A DNA stretch of 30,885 nucleotides from a virus (Duplodnaviria; Caudoviricetes). A model generated the notes under the pieces. That model saw only the letters and a program-made list of their open reading frames with translations, had not been told where the DNA came from and did not search any database. The DNA lies in the IMG/VR virus record IMGVR_UViG_3300026270_000017, positions 1 through 30,885 of that record; one strand, given 5' to 3'. Shown in pieces: positions 8,270 to 16,018 of the stretch. Each line of letters opens with the position of its first letter. Positions within the stretch are counted from its first letter, which is position 1. A program made the translations under genes and the position numbers.

Positions 8270-9211
8270 TTATTCTCCCTTATATTTAGTATTGTATTTC
8301 TTTCCACGCCAAGAAAATTCTGACTGACCCGCTTTTCTAGCAGCAGCAAATGCTTTATCAAATGACTTAGCAGCAGTACTCAATTCACCACTAGATCTTT
8401 TCACTGGTTCTTCTTTTGATGGTTCTGGTTTAGGTTCTGGTTTAGGATCTGCAGGAGGTCTAGGTGGAATGTATGGTGGCAGAGAACCATCAGGTCTACG
8501 TGGATCCTCACCTTCATTAGAAGATTGACCACCACTAAGTGCCAATCCAGTAGCACCCGCGACACCAACTGGGAGTGCAGATTTTTTAACAGCACTGATA
8601 ACTTTATCAAGTTTAGATACAGTGGGTGTTGCTGGAGGTTGGGGAAGGGTGGGTGCAACTCTTTGTGGTTGTGCCTTTAGAGTTGGCATACTTCTTTGAG
8701 ATGCCCTACCACCAGACATTGTAAGACCAGTATTGCTACCTCCAGGTAATCCAGTGTTAGGATTTCTGGTTACGTTTCTCAACTCCTGTGCTCTAGCAGA
8801 AGTTCCAGGGATCTGCATCTGCCCTGGAGATACTGCTGGTTTAGTAGGTGGTTTTGGAAGTGGAGAACTTGCAGCAGGGACAGGATTGGTGCCAGTAAAA
8901 GGAGTTCTACCACCAGTAAAATTTTGTGCTTTACCAGTTTTAGTAAGAAGACTTCCTTGACGTGGTGTTCCTTGAAGAATTTTTTGAGTGGTTGCCTTTA
9001 CTGTTTTTTGTGCAGCAGGATTTTTGAGAAGACCAGTCATCATTCCAACTGATCTGAGCATACTCAGAATTGCTCTACCACGATTTTCGGTAAGCAGTCC
9101 ATACTCATGAATATTTGCCTCATAAAGATAATTTACAACCTCAGTTGCCTCTTCTTCTTCGATATTCTCATCAATAAGATATTGATATACCTCTTCGTAA
9201 AAGTTGCTCAT
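8270..9211 (-). CDS. Hypothetical 313-aa Pro/Gly/basic protein with an acidic N-terminal leader
   Basis: Acidic leader ending LLTE|NRGR, then a basic Pro-rich region, a short hydrophobic stretch and the C-terminal FDKAFAAARKAGQSEFSWRGKKYNT mini-domain. Late promoter upstream. Confidence 0.8.
   Translation of the reverse strand: MSNFYEEVYQYLIDENIEEEEATEVVNYLYEANIHEYGLLTENRGRAILSMLRSVGMMTGLLKNPAAQKTVKATTQKILQGTPRQGSLLTKTGKAQNFTGGRTPFTGTNPVPAASSPLPKPPTKPAVSPGQMQIPGTSARAQELRNVTRNPNTGLPGGSNTGLTMSGGRASQRSMPTLKAQPQRVAPTLPQPPATPTVSKLDKVISAVKKSALPVGVAGATGLALSGGQSSNEGEDPRRPDGSLPPYIPPRPPADPKPEPKPEPSKEEPVKRSSGELSTAAKSFDKAFAAARKAGQSEFSWRGKKYNTKYKGE
8283..8289 (-). promoter_or_regulatory. Possible late promoter variant (CTAAATA)
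   Basis: Lies within the last codons of the 313-aa gene, 28 nt upstream of the ATG at 8255. Confidence 0.45.
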
Positions 9212-9231
9212 CTCTACGGTTACTTTTTAGG

Positions 9232-9238
9232 TATTTAT
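9232..9238 (-). promoter_or_regulatory. T4-type late promoter (ATAAATA)
   Basis: Just after the gp46 stop, 21 nt upstream of the ATG at 9211. Confidence 0.65.
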
Positions 9239-9239
9239 G

Positions 9240-10970
9240 TTATTCTTCTTTAGCTTCTGAAGAAACCTTACGTGAAAATCCTTTTACTTTATCGAACTTG
9301 ATGACATTCTCAAACTTGTCATACATATCCGACTTATGAGAGATAACAAAAATATTTGCGTCGTGAATAACATATCGAATAATTTTTAGGAACTCATCAG
9401 TTCCAAATCCATCAAGTGAAGAATCAAACACTTCATCCATAATCAGCAGGTTGGTGTTTACAGAGTTTTTGACACGCGCTACTTCACGCCAAGTGAAGAG
9501 AAGGGCAAGGTCGATTCTCATCTTTTCACCTTCGCTAAAGGAACTATACGAGAAATCTTCATGTATAGGGGACTTCACAGTTTCCTTAAATTCTTCATCA
9601 AGATGGAAGTTTATATAAAAATCCATCATCTGAAGATAGCGATTAACCTGCTGGTTAATGAAAGGAAGATACTTTCTTATGATCTTCGTTTTTACTCCGT
9701 CGTCTTTGAGTAATGAATATGCAAAATCGTGATGAACGATTTCCTGTTTTTTGTCTGCTAAGTATTCAATTGTCTGTTGGAGATTGGACTTGAATTCGTC
9801 TAACTTTTCATGCTCAGTATTTCGGTTTGCAAGGTTCTCGGTAATTGTTTGAATTTCATGTTCAAGATCTCGGATTTGTCGTTGATTTCCGCTAATCCGA
9901 GTATTGTTCTGAGAAATGCCATGTGTTAGATTTACTATCTCCTGTGAGAGTGAATTAAATTGACGTTCTCTTTCTTGTTCAAACTTAATGGTCAATTCCA
10001 ACTCGTTGAAACCTTCCTTTAGTTCTTTTGCAGTATTTTGAACGTCCTCAATTTTATTTAACCGGAATGACTCTTCAATATTCTGTGTGCAGGTAGGGCA
10101 TACCGTATTTTCCACAAAGAACTTATGCTCTTTAGTAATTGAAGATACTTTTGCGGACAATTTGCCCCTAAGTGTGTTTAGTTTCGCTAATTTTTCTCTT
10201 GCGCCTGTTACTTCTTCCTGATCTTTAGTGAACTTTTGTACATCTTCTTCAAGTTTTACATTTTCTGACATATACTCATCAACTTCATTCATAAGTTTTG
10301 TAATCTTAGTATTGCTAGATTTAATATTCTGCTTACCACGATTTTCCAACTCATCTATAAAGTTCTGTTGCATCTTCATCTTATCTTTGAGAGTTTCTTT
10401 CTTCAAATCAAAAGACTTTACCTGATCTTTTTGAATACGAATTTTATCCTTAAGAATATTATTCATCAAAGAGAAGATACGAATATCCAATAAATCTTCA
10501 ATGACTTCACGACGATTGGAAGTAGTCAACTGCATAAATGGCACAAAGGTACTACTGCCCAAAATCACAATCTGAGTAAAAGATTTGTAATTTACTTTGA
10601 GAATATTATCTTCCAAAACTCTTTGCATAGCACGATCATCTGCTTCACGATGAAGTTCCGTGCCATTTACAACAATGTCAAAAACAGTAGGTTTGATTCC
10701 ACGCCTCACAATATATTTGCGAGTATTGATTTCAAACTCAATCTCAACCAAACAATCACGTTCGTTAGTTGCGTTGATTAGTTGAGGTTTATTAATTTTG
10801 CGGAATGGTTTATTGAAAAGAACAAAAGTTAGTGCATCCAGCATTGTGGATTTACCAGCACCATTTGTTCCAATTACAAGATTAGTATGATGTTTCTGAA
10901 AATCTATCTCGGTAAATTGATTACCACTAGAGAGAAAATTTTTATATCTAATCTTCTGGAAAAGTATCAT
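9240..10970 (-). CDS. gp46: Recombination exonuclease ATPase subunit (gp46, Rad50/SbcC-like)
   Basis: Walker A GTNGAGKS, central CPTC zinc hook in coiled coil, FSEGE signature, MDEVFDSSLD Walker B/D-loop, ISH. Confidence 0.97.
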   Translation of the reverse strand: MILFQKIRYKNFLSSGNQFTEIDFQKHHTNLVIGTNGAGKSTMLDALTFVLFNKPFRKINKPQLINATNERDCLVEIEFEINTRKYIVRRGIKPTVFDIVVNGTELHREADDRAMQRVLEDNILKVNYKSFTQIVILGSSTFVPFMQLTTSNRREVIEDLLDIRIFSLMNNILKDKIRIQKDQVKSFDLKKETLKDKMKMQQNFIDELENRGKQNIKSSNTKITKLMNEVDEYMSENVKLEEDVQKFTKDQEEVTGAREKLAKLNTLRGKLSAKVSSITKEHKFFVENTVCPTCTQNIEESFRLNKIEDVQNTAKELKEGFNELELTIKFEQERERQFNSLSQEIVNLTHGISQNNTRISGNQRQIRDLEHEIQTITENLANRNTEHEKLDEFKSNLQQTIEYLADKKQEIVHHDFAYSLLKDDGVKTKIIRKYLPFINQQVNRYLQMMDFYINFHLDEEFKETVKSPIHEDFSYSSFSEGEKMRIDLALLFTWREVARVKNSVNTNLLIMDEVFDSSLDGFGTDEFLKIIRYVIHDANIFVISHKSDMYDKFENVIKFDKVKGFSRKVSSEAKEE

Positions 10971-11229
10971 CTAAGTCTCTAGGAGGAATCACAATATCGT
11001 TCGGTGTAACCACCGCGTATTTGTAATTATAGCGTTTACAAGTCAAAATTGCAAGTGCATCATCAACTTCAACAACGTCCATTTCAGCATCTTCAGCATC
11101 TTTCAATTGCATAGCATAACGACTTGCATCGTCCTCATCTTCAAAGAGAAATAAAACTTTTTCACCATAAGGGTTTTGGACAGCATATGCACCGTCCTCT
11201 TTACCATCTCTAAGAGTGAGAAGAAACAT
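10948..11229 (-). CDS. DUF3110-like protein (cyanobacterial-type family)
   Basis: EDGAYAV...VLFLFEDEDDASRYAMQL...C....Y.Y.VV....VIPP resembles cyanobacterial DUF3110; lies between gp47 and gp46. Confidence 0.65.
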   Translation of the reverse strand: MFLLTLRDGKEDGAYAVQNPYGEKVLFLFEDEDDASRYAMQLKDAEDAEMDVVEVDDALAILTCKRYNYKYAVVTPNDIVIPPRDLDDTFPED

Positions 11230-12269
11230 TATTCAACCTCGCAAGCTTGTGAATAGACTTTCTGAAGGATTCCTTTAATAATAGTGCTATCACAATCAAA
11301 CTCTGCTTCATCAATATATCGATTTAAAATAGAAATAGTATTTTCACTTTCTTCAATTTCAAACTCTTCGTTTACTTGAACTGAAAAATTTTCTACAATT
11401 TTTAAGTCTTGAATACCACAGGAATATAATTTATCTATAAACTTTTCAAATTTCTTAGGTTCGGTTTTCTTCCTTACAATGACTTTTACTATCTTACCCT
11501 CATACTCACGGGTGTCAAATGTTTGATATGGTGTATCTTCATAGTAAATGTTATAGAATAACTTATATGGATTATTAATATGCTCAAACTCTAAAGTTTT
11601 AGTATCAAATATTGTAAACCCACGAAGATCATTCACATCATTCCAAAACATCTCATAAGGATTTCCTAGGTAGAAGATTTTTCCGTTGTCGCTCCGTGTA
11701 TGGTAGTGTCCTGAAAACACTTTGTCGAACTTCTCAAATTCGTCGATTGCCATACCTTCTTCCATGGTGTGACCGCGATGCGCTCTAAATCCATTGAGCT
11801 CAAGGTGCCCCATCGCACATATGCTATTAGAAACTTTGATAGCGTTGATACTACTTTCAAGGTTTTCTGCATTGATCCAAGGAATAAACAATACTTGTAA
11901 TTTATCTATCATCACCTCAGTACATTCTGAGTATATTTCTACATTCTTATACTGCTTAAGCAATAAATCTACAGAATTAATAGAATTTGTATCTTTATAG
12001 TAAGCAGTATGATTACCAACGATAGTATGAACGGTTATACCCATCTCCTCTAACCGATCATAGTAGTTCTCCTTTGCCCATTCAAGAGACCACAAATCGA
12101 TAGAACGACGGTTGTCAAACGTATCTCCCATATCAATCACTGTAGTGATTCCACTATCTTTTAGATATGGGAAGAACACATCATCATAGAACTTTTTAAA
12201 GTATTCATGAAGAAACTTTGAACCCTTACGAGCCCCAAAGTGCTGATCAGTAATAATGGCAACCTTCAT
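11229..12269 (-). CDS. gp47: Recombination nuclease subunit (gp47, Mre11/SbcD-like)
   Basis: Phosphoesterase motifs TDQH, GDTFD, GNH, GH, GHYH. Confidence 0.97.
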   Translation of the reverse strand: MKVAIITDQHFGARKGSKFLHEYFKKFYDDVFFPYLKDSGITTVIDMGDTFDNRRSIDLWSLEWAKENYYDRLEEMGITVHTIVGNHTAYYKDTNSINSVDLLLKQYKNVEIYSECTEVMIDKLQVLFIPWINAENLESSINAIKVSNSICAMGHLELNGFRAHRGHTMEEGMAIDEFEKFDKVFSGHYHTRSDNGKIFYLGNPYEMFWNDVNDLRGFTIFDTKTLEFEHINNPYKLFYNIYYEDTPYQTFDTREYEGKIVKVIVRKKTEPKKFEKFIDKLYSCGIQDLKIVENFSVQVNEEFEIEESENTISILNRYIDEAEFDCDSTIIKGILQKVYSQACEVE

Positions 12270-12787
12270 TGACGGTTTGTCTTGTAAGTAATATTATCCT
12301 TAATTGTATTATACTCTGAACTGCTGTTAGAAAGCAAGCTATCGTCAACCATCATAACTTCATCGTAACCAGTACGTTCAATGATTTTGGTTTTGATTTC
12401 CAGTTGCTTCTTCTCTTTCTGAATTCGACGTAGAAAAGCGTAGTGAATGATCTGAGTAAAATAAGCGAACGGATTCTTAGATTTCTCAGGATCGAAGTTG
12501 TGAATGTACTGAACACAATTTTCAATACCATCAGAGATCATATCGTCTCTGAACATATAGTTCACAAAGTTTGGTTTATAAGACAAGTGGGTTGCAATCT
12601 TAAGAAAACACTCCCCCAAGTAATTCGTAATCTGTGGTTTACCCTTCCAGTGTTGAGATCTGTCTGCTTTGGTAGGTTCTCTACCGTTGATCTCCATAAA
12701 ACTCTTTTCTACTTTAGACCTATAAACAATCAGTGCCTCAAGCAGTTCTTTGTTATTAACATAGTGTTCTGATTTCTTTTTAGACAT
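12266..12787 (-). CDS. gp55: Late-transcription sigma factor
   Basis: HYVNNKELL, YLGECFLKIATHLS..PNF..Y...DDMISDGIENC, NPFAYFTQI..YAFLRRI.KEKKQ. Confidence 0.96.
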   Translation of the reverse strand: MSKKKSEHYVNNKELLEALIVYRSKVEKSFMEINGREPTKADRSQHWKGKPQITNYLGECFLKIATHLSYKPNFVNYMFRDDMISDGIENCVQYIHNFDPEKSKNPFAYFTQIIHYAFLRRIQKEKKQLEIKTKIIERTGYDEVMMVDDSLLSNSSSEYNTIKDNITYKTNRQ

Positions 12788-12822
12788 AACATTGTTTTGT
12801 TCAATAAACTTTCGTTATCTAT

Positions 12823-12850
12823 ATTATACCATACTATGAGAGCTTGACAA
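12823..12850 (-). promoter_or_regulatory. Sigma70 promoter for gp55: TTGTCA-N16-TATAAT with extended -10 (TGG)
   Basis: -35 at 12850-12845 and -10 at 12828-12823, 35 nt upstream of the gp55 ATG. Confidence 0.75.
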
Positions 12851-12872
12851 CATAGTGAATAATGAGTAGAAT
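12844..12872 (+). promoter_or_regulatory. Antisense sigma70 promoter TTGACA-N17-TAGAAT
   Basis: Perfect -35 at 12844-12849, 17-nt spacer, TAGAAT at 12867-12872; no plus-strand gene downstream. Confidence 0.55.
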
Positions 12873-12899
12873 ACCTTTGTTAGGTTTGAAGAGACAGCT

Positions 12900-13307
12900 T
12901 TAGCTTTCTTTATTATCTTTAAGTTTATAGATATTTTCTAGCATCTTTCTTGCATCATCGACAGAAGAGACATATCCCATTTTATCTGAAATTTTAGTTC
13001 TACCATCTTCTTCCCAATCTAATTCATCTTCATTGAGGTATTTGTTGTAGAACTCGATCATATTATTTTGCTTTACTTCAGTCATAGTAATAATTTTATC
13101 GTATTTGATCACGTACATACTGTCACCTGCCATTTCCATCCAGGGTCTTACCTTGACATATTGACCTACGTGATTACGCATTATTTTCATAATCACTGGG
13201 TTCATCAGTAGAAGTATAGGGTCGCCATCATTCTCGTCTACACAAACTAGTGAGAATATTTCTTCACCTGTAACCAGTTTTATTACTGCATGAAATTCTT
13301 CGCCCAT
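12900..13307 (-). CDS. Conserved hypothetical protein (beta-rich, Sm-like pattern IKLVTGEEI)
   Basis: Abuts the uvsW stop; occupies the usual uvsW-gp55 slot in T4-like cyanophages. Confidence 0.8.
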   Translation of the reverse strand: MGEEFHAVIKLVTGEEIFSLVCVDENDGDPILLLMNPVIMKIMRNHVGQYVKVRPWMEMAGDSMYVIKYDKIITMTEVKQNNMIEFYNKYLNEDELDWEEDGRTKISDKMGYVSSVDDARKMLENIYKLKDNKES

Positions 13308-14771
13308 TTAACTCTTCAGCGGTATGTTTACAATATCATAATTAAAGTTTTCTTCGTTATAAACTTTAATCCTTTCAATCAAATGATTAAGTGTGTAGTT
13401 TCTCCGTGCCTTGTAGGAAATGTCGTCAGCAATGTCATAGAGAGTTGCCTTTGTTTTGTTATTTCCTTTCCTGAGCACACGGCCAATAGATTGGAGATTC
13501 CGAATTCTGGACTTGGATGGAGAAGCAAAAATAACATTATGGAGATTTTTAATGTTAATTCCTGTACTGAATGTTCCGTATGAAGCGACGATAATCGCGT
13601 TGTTTTCCTTCTCTGTAATTTCTCTTACTTTTTCTCTATCTTCGGTTGCCACTCCACCATGGACAAAGAAAACGTGCCTTTCTTCTACACTACCAGTATT
13701 TATTAAATCAAAAAGTGGTTGCCCATGACCCTCAACCCTTGAAAAAAGAATTAAGGTATTACCTTTAAGATCTAAAGCAAGGTTTCTGATAAATCTATTT
13801 CGTTTTTCGTGATTGATGATATATTGAACTTCATCCTCAAAATTTTCAAATTTATGTGCAGGGTGTTTCAATAGAAGCACATTGATATCCAATTTTGCAA
13901 CGTGACCCTTCTTCATCAGTTCTTCTGTCCTGATGATTTTATATGATGGACCGAATAATCCTTCCAATACCCACTTATGTGTTTGCGTGCCGTCTAGCGT
14001 GCCAGTAAATCCGTAACGGAATTTTGCATCCGCAAGTTTTGTCATTATAGATATAAGTGACTTACTTTTGAACTGGTGTGCCTCGTCCCCAACAACTACG
14101 TTAAATCGTTCAAAATACTTTCGGGGGAGTTTGTAGATGGACTGCCAGGTAGTGATGATAACTTGGGAATCAGTTTCCCTTTCTCTACCAGCGTATATCT
14201 TGTGACAAAATGAACCTACATCCCAACCATAATCTGCAAAGTCTTTATACATCTGCTCTACTAGCGAAGTCGTCGGAACAACTATCAGAGTATTTTGTCC
14301 GCGTTCAACGTGATATCTCACAAGAGAGTATATCATCAGAGACTTTCCAGAAGCAGTTGGGGATATCAACAACCTTCTATTATGCTTTAAGGCATCGTAT
14401 ACCCCTTCGACTTGGTAATCTCTAGGAGCATATTTACTAACCGAAGTCATATAATCTTTCACACCCTCTTTAGAGATCATATCATTGGTCTCAAATGGAA
14501 GACCATAATACTTACTCTCTATAAACTCATAGGAGTACTCGTGGTCTTTACAGAACTGTATAACCTTATCCAATAACCCAACATATATCTCTCCATTCTG
14601 AGTATTGAATAGACGTATTTTTCCATCCCAGTACTTGTTACGGTATTGGGGCATAAATTTCGCACCTGGAACATCAAACGTAAACTGATCTGCTAACTCA
14701 TAGTAGACGTGTGGTTCCGCTTTAATTTGAAGAAAAACTTCGTTCTTCTTCGATATAGTCAAGTGTGACAT
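13308..14771 (-). CDS. uvsW: SF2 RNA-DNA/DNA helicase UvsW
   Basis: PRDYQ, SPTASGKS, DEAH, GFTGT, QSIGRVLR; N-terminal WDGKIRLF. Confidence 0.97.
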   Translation of the reverse strand: MSHLTISKKNEVFLQIKAEPHVYYELADQFTFDVPGAKFMPQYRNKYWDGKIRLFNTQNGEIYVGLLDKVIQFCKDHEYSYEFIESKYYGLPFETNDMISKEGVKDYMTSVSKYAPRDYQVEGVYDALKHNRRLLISPTASGKSLMIYSLVRYHVERGQNTLIVVPTTSLVEQMYKDFADYGWDVGSFCHKIYAGRERETDSQVIITTWQSIYKLPRKYFERFNVVVGDEAHQFKSKSLISIMTKLADAKFRYGFTGTLDGTQTHKWVLEGLFGPSYKIIRTEELMKKGHVAKLDINVLLLKHPAHKFENFEDEVQYIINHEKRNRFIRNLALDLKGNTLILFSRVEGHGQPLFDLINTGSVEERHVFFVHGGVATEDREKVREITEKENNAIIVASYGTFSTGINIKNLHNVIFASPSKSRIRNLQSIGRVLRKGNNKTKATLYDIADDISYKARRNYTLNHLIERIKVYNEENFNYDIVNIPLKS

Positions 14772-14794
14772 AATCCATAGGATTCACCTATGAA

Positions 14795-14801
14795 TATTTA
14801 T
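14795..14801 (-). promoter_or_regulatory. T4-type late promoter (ATAAATA) upstream of uvsW
   Basis: 24 nt upstream of the uvsW ATG, adjacent to a stem-loop at 14773-14795. Confidence 0.6.
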
Positions 14802-15022
14802 CAGTGCATATTATACTTGAATTCTAGAACAACTCTATATAAAAAGTTTTTCAAATATTCAAGTCTTTTCTGTTCATCTGGATGACCGCCAGGCCATTTT
14901 TCAAATCTATATTTTACGGCTTCATATACTACATACAGATCTTCAGGTCCGAACTGCAACTCAATATAGGGAGTATTTTCATCAAAATCTTCATTTTGAT
15001 AAGTCCAATCTTCGTCGTCCAT
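14801..15022 (-). CDS. Hypothetical 73-aa protein (MDDEDWTYQ...KWPGGHPDEQKRL...)
   Basis: ATG at 15022 overlaps the uvsY TAA (TAATG); preferred over the track start at 15049. Confidence 0.75.
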   Translation of the reverse strand: MDDEDWTYQNEDFDENTPYIELQFGPEDLYVVYEAVKYRFEKWPGGHPDEQKRLEYLKNFLYRVVLEFKYNMH

Positions 15023-15450
15023 TAGAATCCTGCTTGGAACTTTTGCCACTCAATAGCATTTTTAATTTGGAAGGTTCTGTTTGCCACTGTCTTAATAATT
15101 TCCTCCAAAAACTTTAAAGATGTGTCGTAGTAGCGAATCTTCATATCAATCTTATTTAACCGGTCGTCCGCATCTAGATAACGTTGAATAGCATCTTTCT
15201 CACGAACTTTATATGGAAAGGGTTCTTCTTCATACACAGCAGGGTCTGCTTTACCTGTGTAAAAGTTATGACGTTCAAGTTTTACTTTGTTATATTGTCC
15301 TCTTGCTTTCTCTCTCAATAATGTTATAGTGTTGTATAACATATAATACTTTGAGTGAAGTTGTGGAATCTTCAAAGATTCCTCATGTAGGTTATCAGGA
15401 TCTATGACAGAATCCTTCTGCCACATTTCCTGAATTTTATCAAGATCCAT
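15022..15450 (-). CDS. uvsY: Recombination mediator UvsY
   Basis: WQKDSVID..NL..ESLKIP.LHSKY, YYTGK-like FYTGKA, C-terminal R.FQIKNAIEWQKFQAG. Confidence 0.95.
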   Translation of the reverse strand: MDLDKIQEMWQKDSVIDPDNLHEESLKIPQLHSKYYMLYNTITLLREKARGQYNKVKLERHNFYTGKADPAVYEEEPFPYKVREKDAIQRYLDADDRLNKIDMKIRYYDTSLKFLEEIIKTVANRTFQIKNAIEWQKFQAGF

Positions 15451-16013
15451 TATTTAACAGATGAGTTCAATTGATATACAGTATACTTGAATGTTGCCTG
15501 TGCTGTAAAGTAATTCACATCAGTTGATGTGGCGTCAAAGTCAAGAGAACTTAGAGACACTGGGAACATATCAAGGAATTTTACTTTAGCAACTTCATTA
15601 AAGTTGCTGTTGAGAATGCGGAGTGTTCCATCAGCAAACTGCTCCTTCATATCTCTACTACCTTCATGATCTGTGGTAACATTGATGAATTGCTGTGCTG
15701 TTTCTGGAAATCCCAAACCGTACATCCATTCATGTACGATTCTGTAGTTTTCTAGATTTTCATCAACTAAGAACTGAATTGTCAGATCACCAAAAGTTAA
15801 TTTGGTCTCTGGAATATCAATGTCTTTCAGATATGTTGGTTGCTTTGCAGTTGCTAGAGATATCTCTGGTATCCTAGCAGTGTTGCAAAAAAAGTCAACC
15901 TTAGGATACTTGCCAAGATTGAATTTAAATCCAATCCCAGATAGGAAATTCCTATTGTTGATTTGATTTGCCCAAGTACAAGAGTTGGATGAAGAAGAAC
16001 TATATGATGACAT
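15450..16013 (-). CDS. gp3: Tail tube terminator / head-proximal tail completion protein (gp3-like)
   Basis: NRNFLS..GFKF...KYPKVDFFC....IPEISL, FGDLTIQFLVDENLENY, FPVSLSSLDFDA; usual position before uvsY. Confidence 0.88.
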   Translation of the reverse strand: MSSYSSSSSNSCTWANQINNRNFLSGIGFKFNLGKYPKVDFFCNTARIPEISLATAKQPTYLKDIDIPETKLTFGDLTIQFLVDENLENYRIVHEWMYGLGFPETAQQFINVTTDHEGSRDMKEQFADGTLRILNSNFNEVAKVKFLDMFPVSLSSLDFDATSTDVNYFTAQATFKYTVYQLNSSVK

Positions 16014-16018
16014 TTTAA

